64,000 bases of DNA, taken from positions 203 to 64,202 of the IMG/VR virus record IMGVR_UViG_2872534562_000004; one strand, 5' to 3'. Shown one piece after another: positions 35,292 through 46,139 of the stretch; the stretch's first letter is position 1, and each line of letters starts with the position of its first letter. The notes below the pieces were generated by a model. It worked only from the letters and a program-made list of their open reading frames with translations. It was not told the origin of the DNA and ran no database searches. The translations under genes were made by a program, and so were the position numbers. The stretch is from a virus.

Positions 35292-38255
35292 ATGACCACG
35301 GGCGTAGAGCTGCGTTTTGACGCAGTACCCAGCGGCTACGTCCCCTCCAGCAGTCGCAACGTCACGCTGGGTGGCGGCCCGCCGGCGAACCTTCCCGAAG
35401 GAACCATCGGAGCTTGGGGCATTCAGCCACCGCTGCTCTCGCGCGATGCCCGGGTAGTGCGGACAATCCTTCCGGACCCGCACGCATCGGCGGATCTCGA
35501 CTTCTCTACCGTTGACCCCGGCTACGTGCCGCCAGCGTCCAATGCTGTGCTGCTTCAGTGGGGTGAGTTGCCGCCGGTAGAGGGCCAAACGGTTTTCCCG
35601 GGCGGATTCAGCGATTCCATGGTACCGCCACCGGCGATCCGTACTCAGTATCGCTTTGTGTTGCCTGTAGGATCGTCGCACCAAGTGTTCGGCGCCGCCA
35701 AGGCTTGGAAGTACAGCACGTTCGTTTCGGCCTACGGCTTCAATTCGAACGTCATCGGATCCCACAACGCACAGAACAAGCACCGAACGGTTCAGCCGAC
35801 CGGATTTGTCGCCTACCAAAGCGGGCAGGCGAACATCATCAACCGAAACCGCTATGTGGCGGCCGGCAACATTGCGCCGCCGCCGTGGGGCGCGAATCCC
35901 ACGGTTTGGCTGTACACCCGCTATCTGAAGCCTGGCGGCCTACTGGCGACCGCGATCCCGGATGTCCACCGCATCAGCCACGAACGCCAGTTCGTGCAGC
36001 TCAATGCTGGTGTTCCAGCGCCAGGCATGGGGACGGCATGGGTCAGTCAGGGAACGCGCGTTCTGGAGCCCATTGGCACGTTTCTGGATGCCGTGGCCAG
36101 ACCTATGGTCGGCGGCACGCGCTTCTTGGAGCCGCCAGGCTGGGATTCCTCGGCATTCGGCACGCGGATCATTCCCGAGTCGCAGACGGTCGCGCCTCAA
36201 GGCTTCGCCGAGTTGTGGGGGCAGCAGGCGATCAACAACTGGCTCACCTTTGCCGAGCCGGCCGGATTCCAGAGCACCGTCCAGGAAGAATACCGCTGGG
36301 GCCGCGCAGACGTGTGGAACCTGCGCCAGTACGTGGTCCAGGAGTACGACCCGGACAGCGAGTTGAACCCGCCACCCTGGTCGCAGTGGACGCTGGTGGA
36401 GAACCGAAACCGTCAAGTGGGCACCATCGGCGTGCCTTCGCCGCCGGCCGGCTTCCCGCAGATCGACAACAATGCCAGGCCGATCTTGCCAGGCGGCGTG
36501 GCGCCGCCGCAGATCACCACTGCAGCCATGATTGCCTACGGCCGCCGTTACCTGCCGCTGGAAGGCATCGAACCGCCGCCGATCCTGAATTGGCATGCCG
36601 TCTACAACGGCGCGAGGGTGTTGGTGCCGACCGGGAATGCTCAAAGCGCTTTCGGTGTGGCGAGACTGGAGAACACGCGGCGTTACTTCGACCGCATCGG
36701 CGGCTTCGACTCGGTGGATATCGGCATCGCGTTCATCGATTTCGCCATTCGCGGTATCAGCATCGAGCCGCGCTACAGCATCGAGCCGCCGGATATCAAG
36801 TTGCCCGAGGTCAAGCTGTACACGCGCTATGTCGATCCGGTAAGCAACGACATGCTGAACATGGGCCTGGCGGCTCTGTCGATCCACTTCAACGCGATCG
36901 GGCCGAGGTGGGCGCACAAAGACCTGTTCGGCGATCCGCGCATCCACAACGTGACGCCGGAGGTCGCGACCTTCGGGGCGAACGCCGAGGAATTCGGTTC
37001 GGCCTTCGTGCGCCTGCAATGGCGTCCGGTGGCGCCGGACGGCAGTAACATGCAGTTGTTCGGCCAGGCAAAGATCGCCGACCGCAAGCAGACCATCACG
37101 GTTCCAGGCACCAACCTGCTCAGGATGGGCGACAAGCTGGTGGTGACCAAGACCGGCGCGCCGCCGTACTCGCCGCAGAACATCATGGTTGATCAGGCGG
37201 TTAACACCGGAGCGGTGCTCGGAAAGCCCGGTCTGAATCAGTACGTCCTGTACGCGACAGGCATCCGGGCGCCGGACATCGAGGAGCCGACGGTGCGCAT
37301 CATGGGCGTGAACATCGACGCCGGCATCAAGGTGGACGGCTACGGCCTGCCAGCCGTGAGCTTGAAGCTGCGCAAGCTGACGGTGGACGAATGGCCCGAC
37401 GCTGAAGTGTTCCAGCCATCCAAGCCGCGTCTCACGCCGCACACCATCTGGGCGGTGAAGGAGGCACCCGAGCAGGCCAAGCAGAACCATCCAGCCGGTA
37501 ACCTGCACTATGTAGGGGAAACGCTGGTTTATCCGCCGGGTGAGCGATTCGGCTCGGCGCGCATCAGCACCTACCTGGGCGTCCTCAAGCCGTCGCCGCT
37601 GGGCGACGTGTCGAAGATCGGTGAGCACGCGATCTATCTGAAGCGTCGCTACCTAGAGCCGCGGGGTCTGCAGGCATATCGCATGGGGTGGGCGATCGTG
37701 GGTGACGGTACACAGTTCGTGACGCAGTTCGCCGGCGCCGACTCGATGCAGCTCGGCGCGACATCCGTAGCCCGTGGCCCTTACTACGGACCGCAGACTG
37801 TGAAGCCTGTCGGCCTGCCATCGCCCGGTCCTGGGGCGGTGACCTGGGTGTCTCTGCTGAACCGTACCTTCCAACTGGCCGGCTTCGACGCCATGCACAT
37901 GGGCAGCTCGCGCGGCGAAGGGCCGTACCAGTGGCAGTCACTGCATGTTGGGCCGCCGATGCCGACCATTCCAAGCGGTACCGACACATCAGTGTTCGGC
38001 ACAGCCTGGGTTTCGCTGCGGGTACGAGGGGTTGAGCCGGACGGCTGGGAGTCGTTCATCTGCGAATACGACCCGTCGCACTTCGCGGATCGCATGCGAG
38101 TCCGCAACGTCTTCATCCCACCGGGTCCAAATGCCCAGTCCGTGGCACCTGTAGGGTTGGATTCAGTGGATGTGGGCGTGCCCAATGTGCGGCCAGGTGT
38201 CCACTACATCCGCCCTGACGGCAACGCCGATCAGTACCGCAAAGGAGCCTTCTGA
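35292..38255 (+). CDS. Large tail protein with P.G....FG repeats
   Basis: 987 aa; recurrent ~25-aa beta repeats. Confidence 0.75.
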   Translation: MTTGVELRFDAVPSGYVPSSSRNVTLGGGPPANLPEGTIGAWGIQPPLLSRDARVVRTILPDPHASADLDFSTVDPGYVPPASNAVLLQWGELPPVEGQTVFPGGFSDSMVPPPAIRTQYRFVLPVGSSHQVFGAAKAWKYSTFVSAYGFNSNVIGSHNAQNKHRTVQPTGFVAYQSGQANIINRNRYVAAGNIAPPPWGANPTVWLYTRYLKPGGLLATAIPDVHRISHERQFVQLNAGVPAPGMGTAWVSQGTRVLEPIGTFLDAVARPMVGGTRFLEPPGWDSSAFGTRIIPESQTVAPQGFAELWGQQAINNWLTFAEPAGFQSTVQEEYRWGRADVWNLRQYVVQEYDPDSELNPPPWSQWTLVENRNRQVGTIGVPSPPAGFPQIDNNARPILPGGVAPPQITTAAMIAYGRRYLPLEGIEPPPILNWHAVYNGARVLVPTGNAQSAFGVARLENTRRYFDRIGGFDSVDIGIAFIDFAIRGISIEPRYSIEPPDIKLPEVKLYTRYVDPVSNDMLNMGLAALSIHFNAIGPRWAHKDLFGDPRIHNVTPEVATFGANAEEFGSAFVRLQWRPVAPDGSNMQLFGQAKIADRKQTITVPGTNLLRMGDKLVVTKTGAPPYSPQNIMVDQAVNTGAVLGKPGLNQYVLYATGIRAPDIEEPTVRIMGVNIDAGIKVDGYGLPAVSLKLRKLTVDEWPDAEVFQPSKPRLTPHTIWAVKEAPEQAKQNHPAGNLHYVGETLVYPPGERFGSARISTYLGVLKPSPLGDVSKIGEHAIYLKRRYLEPRGLQAYRMGWAIVGDGTQFVTQFAGADSMQLGATSVARGPYYGPQTVKPVGLPSPGPGAVTWVSLLNRTFQLAGFDAMHMGSSRGEGPYQWQSLHVGPPMPTIPSGTDTSVFGTAWVSLRVRGVEPDGWESFICEYDPSHFADRMRVRNVFIPPGPNAQSVAPVGLDSVDVGVPNVRPGVHYIRPDGNADQYRKGAF

Positions 38256-39445
38256 TGGCCACGACTTCCCTGGTGCCGCTGGCCGGCATCAACAACGTCG
38301 CCGAAGATGCCGCGCTGCAACGCGGCGGCGAGAGCCCGAGGCTCTATGTACGTGACGCGGTGAACATAGACCTGTCGCCGGCCGGCAAGGCGCAACTGCG
38401 GGCCTCTGCGCGCCAGGTCACGGACCAGCCGTTCCGCCAACTCTGGCAAAGCCCACTGCACGGCGACGCCTTCGGCGCCCTGGGCGACCAGTGGGGAAAG
38501 GTCGATCCGCATTCATGGACGTTCGAGCCGCTCGCACAGATCGGCGAAGGGGACCTGTCCCACGAGGTGCTGAACAATCGGGTGTGCGTCGCCGGAACGG
38601 CGGGCATCTTCACCTACGATGGCGCGCAGGCTGAGCGCCTGACGCTGGACACCCCGGCGCCGCCGCTGCTGGTGGCAGGCGCCGGATCGTTGAGTCAAGG
38701 CACCTACGGCGCGGCTGTGGCGTGGCTGCGCGGCCCCCAGGAGTCGGCGCCGTCGCTGATCGCCTTCGCGGACGTGACCGATGCCGGCGCGCTGGAAGTC
38801 ACCTTTCCGCTGTGCTTGGATGCCAGCGTGACCGGCGCGCGCCTCTACCTGACGCGAGCGAATGGTGGCGAGCTGCTGTTGGCCGGCGACTACCCGCTGG
38901 GCGCGGCCACGGTCATCCTGCCGACGCTACCGGAACTGGGCCGACCGGCGCAGTTTCGCCACCTGTCGCCCATGCCGACCGGCAAGCACCTGGCCTACTG
39001 GCGCGGGCGTCTGCTGATCGCGCGCGCCAACGTGCTGCGCTTCTCCGAGGCCCTGGCCTACCACCTGCACGATGAGCGCTACGGCTTCGTGCAGATGCCC
39101 CAGCGCATAACCTTCGTGCAGCCGGTGGATGGCGGCATTTGGGTGGGCCAGGTCGATCATGTCGCCTTTCTGGATGGCGCTGATCCGGCAAGCCTGAGCG
39201 TGTCGCGTCGTGCATCGCGGGCTCCGGTGCCTGGTAGTGCAGTCCTGGTCCCTGCCGAGGTGGTAGGCGCCAACGCATCACCGGATGGCTCGCCGGTCGC
39301 CGTGTGGCTAGCGGAGAACGGCTACGTCATGGGCACCAGCAGTGGCGCCATCGCCGAGGTTCATGCAGGCGTGCTCGCCGGCATCACCGGCCGTGCCGGT
39401 ACCTCTGTAGTGTTCGACCGCCGTCTACTGACGGCAGTAAGCTGA
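38255..39445 (+). CDS. Tail structural protein (nozzle-like)
   Basis: Coupled ORF; LAGINN...RDAVNIDLS..G. Confidence 0.7.
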   Translation: MATTSLVPLAGINNVAEDAALQRGGESPRLYVRDAVNIDLSPAGKAQLRASARQVTDQPFRQLWQSPLHGDAFGALGDQWGKVDPHSWTFEPLAQIGEGDLSHEVLNNRVCVAGTAGIFTYDGAQAERLTLDTPAPPLLVAGAGSLSQGTYGAAVAWLRGPQESAPSLIAFADVTDAGALEVTFPLCLDASVTGARLYLTRANGGELLLAGDYPLGAATVILPTLPELGRPAQFRHLSPMPTGKHLAYWRGRLLIARANVLRFSEALAYHLHDERYGFVQMPQRITFVQPVDGGIWVGQVDHVAFLDGADPASLSVSRRASRAPVPGSAVLVPAEVVGANASPDGSPVAVWLAENGYVMGTSSGAIAEVHAGVLAGITGRAGTSVVFDRRLLTAVS

Positions 39446-39512
39446 ATCACCCCGAATATCGGGCCTTCAATCGCTGCGCAGGAGTGCGGCATGGGACTTC
39501 GGAGAGAACCCT

Positions 39513-40103
39513 ATGCAACGCATTAGCAGCGCTCTGCGCAAAGAAATGGCCGCCGACCTGGCCACTGGTAGCTTCGACATCACCGAAAACGGCATTGCCT
39601 TCCCGCGGCTCAGCGTACTGGCCGGTGGCGAATACTTCGGCCGCATCAACAGCGGCGAGTGGGAGAAGGAGGGCGACAACCTGATCCCCACCGAGGGCCT
39701 GGCGCACATCCTCAACATCGCACTGGGCAGCAAGCCCAAGGTGTCGTATTTCCTGGCCCTTTTCGCCGGGACGGCAGCACCTGCTGCCAACTGGACCGCC
39801 GCCAACTTCGCCGCAGTGGCCTCGGAGATCACCAGCATGACCGAGGGTTACACCAGCGCTACCCGCCCAGCCTGGACGCCGACCGACACCGCTACCGGGT
39901 CCATCGACAACATGAACACCGTGGCGACCGTAACCATCGCCACAGCGTCGCAGCTCAACGTCAACGGCGCCGCGCTGCTGACCAACAGCACCAAGGGTGG
40001 CACCACGGGTGCGCTGGTATCGGCGTCGAAGTACGCGGCGACTCGTGTGTTCCAGAACGGCGATACCTACGATATCGGCTACCGGCTGAACCTTACCGTC
40101 TAA
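39513..40103 (+). CDS. Virion structural protein
   Basis: NLIPTEGLAHILN; Thr/Ala-rich. Confidence 0.75.
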   Translation: MQRISSALRKEMAADLATGSFDITENGIAFPRLSVLAGGEYFGRINSGEWEKEGDNLIPTEGLAHILNIALGSKPKVSYFLALFAGTAAPAANWTAANFAAVASEITSMTEGYTSATRPAWTPTDTATGSIDNMNTVATVTIATASQLNVNGAALLTNSTKGGTTGALVSASKYAATRVFQNGDTYDIGYRLNLTV

Positions 40104-40107
40104 GCCG

Positions 40108-42705
40108 ATGTATTCGCCGCGCCCCTACGGACGTTTCGCGGAAGACGCGGAACTCTCCGCCGACGATGCCGCCGCTGTCGAGCGGCTGGCCAGGAACCTG
40201 ACGAACTTCAAGCAGGCGTCTGAGCTGGCCAGCCTGAAGCGCGTCGCGGATCTGCCTAGCGGTCGGCAGGCGGTGGCCATCGACATGGGCGGGGTGTTTC
40301 GCATCCTGGTGCTCGAGCAGCATGAGCTTCCGCAATTCCGTTTCGACGGTGTGGCACAGACCAACATCCCCATGCTGTTCTCCGGCGTCATCACCCGCGC
40401 CCAGGTGCTGACCGATGGGCAGGGCGTTGGCATAAGGTTGACCGAGCAGGCCCGGCGCCGGCTGGTGGCCTACGACCCGAAAGCGGCGCTTCCGCCGAAG
40501 GACGTGGCGTTGCAACGCTTTGTCATCAAGTACGAACCGCGTTTCCAATACTTCGAGCCGCGCGAGCAGGGCATCTACACCTTCACTCAGTACGTCAAGC
40601 AGCGCCCGACCTGGTACAGCGGCGCCATGGCCGAGGTCATGCAGGTAGCTGGCGGATATGGGCGGCAGGTCATGGCCGAACTGCCAGAGGACGACCTTGA
40701 GCGCGCAAGGATGCTGATTCCTGAGCGCTACATGCACCGCATCCGCCAGGAAGTCGGCAACGTTCGGCTGCCGGCCTACACAGGCTTTCCGGACGAGCAA
40801 GGCCAGTTCAAATGTGACTACCTCGCCAGCCGCTGCAACGCCGTCGCTTTCGATGCCGGCAACAGTCCGTGGTTGCTGCAGATCAATGCGCGGGGCGTCT
40901 ACGCGATGCCGCTTCCTGTGGTGCCGGCCACCACCACCGAGGCTTTCCGTGACTACGTGCTGGATGTTGGTGACGACGAGCTGCTGAAGCTTCTGGACCG
41001 CTTCGGCGGCATGCCTACTGGTGAGGGGTTCCCACAGCCGGAACAGGAGTTCGAGGCGTGGCGCCGGGCCGGCGTCATCGTCAAGGTCTGCGACACCGCC
41101 GACTTCTACAATTTCGAGGCCATGTACGTGGCGTGTGGCTGGGCGGTGAACAGCCGAGGCACCGAGGGCTTCAACACCTGCTGGACCTATGACGACGCCG
41201 GCCTGATGCAGGTCCATGCGTACAAGATGAGTCTGTCGCTGGCCCCGGCGGAGAACCAGGGGCGACTGAAGAACACCTGGAATTTCGATGATCCAGACGA
41301 TGCAGCGAAACTCAACGCCTACCTGGCCCAGGTCTATGGCGCGCTGACCGATGGCTCCGCCAGAGAACTGGCCATCAAGTATAAGATTCGGCGGGTGCCG
41401 GCTGGTGAGATTCTCTCGCGCGCCTCTTCGGCCAGCGGCCCGGATCTGGACTACTGGGACAGCCTGGAACTACCTCCCATCGCCACCCACCAGGGCCGCG
41501 TGTCGCGCGTCGCCAGTGGCCCTTTCTACTGGCCGTCCAAGGTCTTGAAGTCCTGCACCCGCCTGAAGTTCCCCGAACTGACGGGGCTGGGGTGCGAGTC
41601 CTTCCCGCACATCTCGCCCGACTATTCCGGCGGCGCAGTGAAGTGCGACACCATAGTCTTCGGCTGCTATGTCGAGGACCAATTGCGTGTCATCAAGTAT
41701 TTCTACGACGAACGCAAGTTCCAGCAGGAAACGACAAGTACGTTCGAGCAGTACATGATCGTCGGCCAGTGGGAGAAGACCGAGACCTTCGGCCTTAGCG
41801 GGCTGATGGGGTTCTTCTACACGACCGACTTCGACGATCGGCAGGAGCAGCCGGCGGTAACGGTCCATACCAACATCGTTGGCACCGACATGGGCTACGG
41901 CAACCCGGCTTACTCCACTCCGCCGACACTTTGGTGCGTCGGCGGCGTGAGCCGGTCCAGGTATTACATGCACCGCACCACGGTAGACACTACCGAGACG
42001 TTTACCCTGGACGTGGCGGCGCTGGTGCCGGTGTTCGAGCGCGATTGCATGCTCTACGCCTACCAGGACCATACCGGGGGACGCAGTTCCCACGAGGAAA
42101 CGACGCAGGGCTCTGTGCCTGATCCCACGTCCTACGAACTCTGGTGCTACGACGACATCTGGCACTGGATGGGGCAGACGCGGAACGGGAACCGGGGTGA
42201 CCCGCCATCCAAGGATGGGGTGCCGGTCTATGTCGACACGCTGGTCTACAGCCCAACCGAAATCAGCGACTTCGCCGAAAGCGGCAACTGGCTGAACCTG
42301 CCACCTGGCGGTTTTTTGGATGTCACGGGCATCTGTGGGCCGTACACCTACCGCAACTCCGTCCACAACGCCAACGGCGTCATTATCGGCGGCGAGGCGC
42401 CAGGCTTCGATCCGTACCGGAAGGACACCCAGTACCCCAACGAGAGTAGCGGGCGCCTGAGTGTGTGCCTGTCCGTGGCCGGCGCTGTTCAGGTCAATAA
42501 GGACATGCCGCACTCGTGGTACTGGGGCTTCTCGCCCGAGAACGACTTTTACTTCTACCGCGACGCCGTGCATGTCGCCATCGGCGACGCCCGGTACGCC
42601 AGCATCTACGAGACGGGCCAGGATGGACTGCGCCGCCGCTGGGGGCATACCGCGCTCGCCGATCACAAGGCGGCCCACCACTTCATAGGGGTTATCAATG
42701 AGTGA
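40108..42705 (+). CDS. Tail structural protein
   Basis: 865 aa, aromatic-rich, in tail cluster. Confidence 0.75.
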   Translation: MYSPRPYGRFAEDAELSADDAAAVERLARNLTNFKQASELASLKRVADLPSGRQAVAIDMGGVFRILVLEQHELPQFRFDGVAQTNIPMLFSGVITRAQVLTDGQGVGIRLTEQARRRLVAYDPKAALPPKDVALQRFVIKYEPRFQYFEPREQGIYTFTQYVKQRPTWYSGAMAEVMQVAGGYGRQVMAELPEDDLERARMLIPERYMHRIRQEVGNVRLPAYTGFPDEQGQFKCDYLASRCNAVAFDAGNSPWLLQINARGVYAMPLPVVPATTTEAFRDYVLDVGDDELLKLLDRFGGMPTGEGFPQPEQEFEAWRRAGVIVKVCDTADFYNFEAMYVACGWAVNSRGTEGFNTCWTYDDAGLMQVHAYKMSLSLAPAENQGRLKNTWNFDDPDDAAKLNAYLAQVYGALTDGSARELAIKYKIRRVPAGEILSRASSASGPDLDYWDSLELPPIATHQGRVSRVASGPFYWPSKVLKSCTRLKFPELTGLGCESFPHISPDYSGGAVKCDTIVFGCYVEDQLRVIKYFYDERKFQQETTSTFEQYMIVGQWEKTETFGLSGLMGFFYTTDFDDRQEQPAVTVHTNIVGTDMGYGNPAYSTPPTLWCVGGVSRSRYYMHRTTVDTTETFTLDVAALVPVFERDCMLYAYQDHTGGRSSHEETTQGSVPDPTSYELWCYDDIWHWMGQTRNGNRGDPPSKDGVPVYVDTLVYSPTEISDFAESGNWLNLPPGGFLDVTGICGPYTYRNSVHNANGVIIGGEAPGFDPYRKDTQYPNESSGRLSVCLSVAGAVQVNKDMPHSWYWGFSPENDFYFYRDAVHVAIGDARYASIYETGQDGLRRRWGHTALADHKAAHHFIGVINE

Positions 42706-43861
42706 CTACCGCGACGACTCCAACGACACGGCGGTAATCAGCGACACGACCTGGCTGGGGTTGTCGGCCGTCAGCGAAGGCACCGCGCGCATCAGCGAGA
42801 CGGTGCTGTACGGGTTGCTGGTGCTGCACACCGATTCGGTGGCGGTGTCGGATGAGGCTATCGACCGACCGGCGCACCTGCTGGTAGATCAGGCAACCAT
42901 CAGCGACGTGGCGAGCGACCAGCTCCGCGCCAGGGTGCTGGTGGTCGATACGGCCACCGCGGCGGATCGCGTCACCGGCACCCTTCGTGTCCTGCACGTC
43001 GATGACGCCCTGGTGTCGGATGGGGTGCTGGATCGCGTGCGCGGCCTGACGGTGGACGGTGCCACAGTGGCCGACGAAGCATTCGGCACCCGTCATGCGT
43101 TCACCCTGGTGCTGGATGCCGCGCGCATCAGCGACAGCACTGGCCAGGCCGCCAGCGTCCTGGTCGAGGACGCCGCCACCGTCAGCGATCAGGCAACTGG
43201 GGCGCTGCACGGTCGCGTACTGCTGGTGGATGGGGCGTCCCTCGCCGACGAGGTGGTGGACGCGCATCAGGCCGTGCAGGCGCTGCTGGTGGACGGGGCA
43301 TCCATTGCCGCGCTGGTGCTGGACCATCTGGCGGCGCGCGACCTGGTATCGGATGCCGTGGTGATCGAGGACATCACCGTGGGGGGCGATCAGGACGGCG
43401 GCCAGGCTTGGACCGCAAACGTCGATAGTTGGGCGATGAGCCGCTACGCGCCGTATACCTTCCGGTCGCTTGCTGTGATCGACGGTCGGCTGTACGGCAT
43501 CGCCGATGACGGCGTTTATGCGCTGGACGGTGACAGCCAGCCGGTGGCCGGCAGAATCGCGACCGGGAAACTGGACATCGGCCAGGGCGCGTTGGTGCAT
43601 CCGCATAGCGCCTATCTGGAGTATGCACTGGATGCTGATGGCACGGTGGCCATGGACGTGACCACCACGCAAAGCGGCAGCGCAGCGACCTACAGCTACC
43701 CGCTGGAGAGCGAGCCTGCAGACGAGTTGACCAATGGGCGCTTCAAGTTCGGCCGGGGCCTGCGCGGCAGGCACTTCACCTTCACGCTGCGCCTAACCGG
43801 CCGGCACGGCTATATCAATGACCTGAGCGTCGAATCGGCGCCGACCAACAGGAGAGTGTGA
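42698..43861 (+). CDS. Tail protein with LV.D.A..SD repeats
   Basis: Tandem ~18-aa acidic repeats. Confidence 0.75.
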   Translation: MSDYRDDSNDTAVISDTTWLGLSAVSEGTARISETVLYGLLVLHTDSVAVSDEAIDRPAHLLVDQATISDVASDQLRARVLVVDTATAADRVTGTLRVLHVDDALVSDGVLDRVRGLTVDGATVADEAFGTRHAFTLVLDAARISDSTGQAASVLVEDAATVSDQATGALHGRVLLVDGASLADEVVDAHQAVQALLVDGASIAALVLDHLAARDLVSDAVVIEDITVGGDQDGGQAWTANVDSWAMSRYAPYTFRSLAVIDGRLYGIADDGVYALDGDSQPVAGRIATGKLDIGQGALVHPHSAYLEYALDADGTVAMDVTTTQSGSAATYSYPLESEPADELTNGRFKFGRGLRGRHFTFTLRLTGRHGYINDLSVESAPTNRRV

Positions 43862-45754
43862 ATGGGTATCGCACCGGATAGCATCCTTGGCGTTGCGGTG
43901 GACACCGTTACGGACAAGATGAATGACCTTGAGGCGCTGGGCAGCAAGTACAGCGCAGAGCTGTCTGCCGCGCTGGCGAAGATCGGCGACATCACGGTGG
44001 CTGACGTGCCGGCGCCGACGCGACCGGATGCGCCTATCGCTTCGCCGCCGCCCGTCAACCTCGGCGAGCAGCCGACCTATAACCCTTCGTCGCTGGTCAA
44101 GCCGGAAGCCCCTGGGGGCTTGAACATCGACGACCTGCTGGCCGACCTGGACGTGGGCGACATGGACGACCTACCCGACGCGCCGACAATGATTCCGATC
44201 AACATCCCGGACGCGCCGAGCATGACGGCCATCCCGGTGCCCGAACGCCCGGACATCGACACCACGGTGGAGATTCCCGATGCGCCGCAGATCGCCATGC
44301 CGGACATGGAAGCGCTGGAACAGATCCGACTGCCGGAATTCGTGTTCCCCGAGTTGCCCACATTCGACGCCACGCCGCCGGACGCGAGCGGGATCACGGT
44401 GCCCAATGTCTTCATCAACTGGTTGGAGCCGGAGTACCAGTCCGAGGTGCTGGACGAGTTGCAAGCGAAGATCAAGGAACTGATGGCGGGCGGCACCGGA
44501 CTGCCGGCGCCCATCGAGCAGGCGCTGTTCGCCCGTGTCCGCGAACGCGATAGTGGCGAAACCACCCGCGCCGTGCAGGAGGCGGTCGATACTTGGGCCG
44601 CCCGCAATTTCTCCATGCCGCCGGGGATGCTCGCCAGGCAGGTAGATGTGGTGCGCGAGCAAGGCCGGCTGAAGGCGGCCGAGCTGAACCGCGACATCCT
44701 GGTGCAAGCGGCCACCTGGGAAATCGAGAACCTGCGCTTCGCCGTGCAGCAGGGCCTGGCCCTCGAGCAGTTGACCGAGAACATGCACCAGAACATGGCG
44801 CAGCGCCTGTTCGAGGTCGCCCGCTTCCACGCGGAAAGCCAGATCAACGTGTTCAACGCGCAGATCAGTCTGTTCAACGCGCAGAACGCGGCCTTCGAGA
44901 CGCTGGCGCAGGTCTACCGCACCAAGCTGGATGCGGCTATCTCCAAGCTGACTGCCTACAAGACCGCCGTGGAGGGCCAGGTGGCGCTGGGGCAGATCAA
45001 CCAGCAGCGCGTCGAGGTGTTCAAGGCCAAACTGGACGCCGTACAGTCGAGCGTCGAGGTCTACAAGGCGCTAATGCAGGGCGCTTCCGTACGCGCCGAG
45101 ACGATCAAGAATCAGTTCGACGCCTACCGCGCGGACGTGCAGGCGTATGCCGAGCAGATCGGCGCCGAGAAGGTCAAGTTCGACGCCTACGAGGCCCGCG
45201 TCAAGGGCGAGTCGGCCAAGGCGGACGTGCTTGACGCGCAGGCCCGCGCCTACGCTTCGACCATCCAGGGGCTGGCGAACAAGGCCGATGTCAAGGTCAA
45301 GGGTGCGCAGATCAAGATGGAGGCGGCGCGCACCAAGGTGTCGAAGTTCTTGGCGGACGTGGACGCCTACAAGGCCACCCTGCAGGCCAACCTGAGCGAG
45401 GTGCAGTACAACACGTCGGTGTTCCAGGCCCAGGTAGAAGCCTGGCGCGCAGCGGCCAGTGCCAACGTGGCCGACGCCGAGATGCAATCGCGCTTTGCCG
45501 ACATGAACAGCCGGACCAACATCGCATACGCGGAAATGCAGATCAGCGAGTACACCGCGAAGATGCAGAATGCCGTACAGCAGGCGCAGATCGCCCTGGA
45601 GGCAGCCAAGGCCTTGGGGCAGTACACCGCCCAGCTCGCGGCCGGCGCTATGTCGGCGGCACATGTATCGGCCAGCATCAGTGGCTCAGGAAGTGCTAGT
45701 ACAGGTGAAACAAAATCCGAAACAACTTCGACTTCTTATAATTATAACTATTGA
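43862..45754 (+). CDS. Virion coiled-coil protein (tail/ejection)
   Basis: Pro-rich N-terminus then long helical Ala/Gln region. Confidence 0.75.
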   Translation: MGIAPDSILGVAVDTVTDKMNDLEALGSKYSAELSAALAKIGDITVADVPAPTRPDAPIASPPPVNLGEQPTYNPSSLVKPEAPGGLNIDDLLADLDVGDMDDLPDAPTMIPINIPDAPSMTAIPVPERPDIDTTVEIPDAPQIAMPDMEALEQIRLPEFVFPELPTFDATPPDASGITVPNVFINWLEPEYQSEVLDELQAKIKELMAGGTGLPAPIEQALFARVRERDSGETTRAVQEAVDTWAARNFSMPPGMLARQVDVVREQGRLKAAELNRDILVQAATWEIENLRFAVQQGLALEQLTENMHQNMAQRLFEVARFHAESQINVFNAQISLFNAQNAAFETLAQVYRTKLDAAISKLTAYKTAVEGQVALGQINQQRVEVFKAKLDAVQSSVEVYKALMQGASVRAETIKNQFDAYRADVQAYAEQIGAEKVKFDAYEARVKGESAKADVLDAQARAYASTIQGLANKADVKVKGAQIKMEAARTKVSKFLADVDAYKATLQANLSEVQYNTSVFQAQVEAWRAAASANVADAEMQSRFADMNSRTNIAYAEMQISEYTAKMQNAVQQAQIALEAAKALGQYTAQLAAGAMSAAHVSASISGSGSASTGETKSETTSTSYNYNY

Positions 45755-45788
45755 TTCTGCGGGTCACGGGACATGGAAGTTTCGTATT

Positions 45789-46139
45789 TTAAGGCTGGTT
45801 GTCTTTTTGAAGATTTTGATATTCTTCCCAAGGTTTTTTTTCTTCGTCATACAGCTTGCTGCATGCAATGAATATCATGCGGCCAGCTAAGTTGCTCGGT
45901 GTCTCCTTTCCTATTGCCATCATGCAATCTCTGCCTGACTTGTAGCCAAATAATCCTCTCCCAGACCCTTGTTCGACCTCTAAGAGTGCATTTGGGTATT
46001 GGCCTGCGCAAAGACTTATCACCACCCGGGCAGCCTGATCGTTTTGCACTTCTGGCATTTTGTCCAAAATGCATGTTGCATAGTCTCCTGCTATTGAAGA
46101 GGTGGAGATAATTGTCAGTAGGAACAATAAATTTCTCAC
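45789..46139 (-). CDS. Antisense moron: exported four-cysteine protein (VF_A0006-like)
   Basis: Signal peptide MRNLLFLLTIISTSSIA; YATCILD...C...C...ACSKLY; low GC. Confidence 0.8.
   Translation of the reverse strand: MRNLLFLLTIISTSSIAGDYATCILDKMPEVQNDQAARVVISLCAGQYPNALLEVEQGSGRGLFGYKSGRDCMMAIGKETPSNLAGRMIFIACSKLYDEEKKPWEEYQNLQKDNQP

Noticed and set aside
38147..38160. ACCTGTAGGGTTGG as a fifth late-promoter box
   Set aside because: Inside a CDS and lacks the C5 run; chance similarity cannot be excluded
41041..41052. GAAC-AGGA-GTTC as an additional AGGA hairpin (similar case at 59041)
   Set aside because: Mid-gene, 4-bp stem, explained by Glu/Lys-Gln-Glu-Phe codons
34432..45754. Diversity-generating retroelement or invertible tail segment
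   Set aside because: No reverse transcriptase or invertase gene; no template/variable repeat pair noticed
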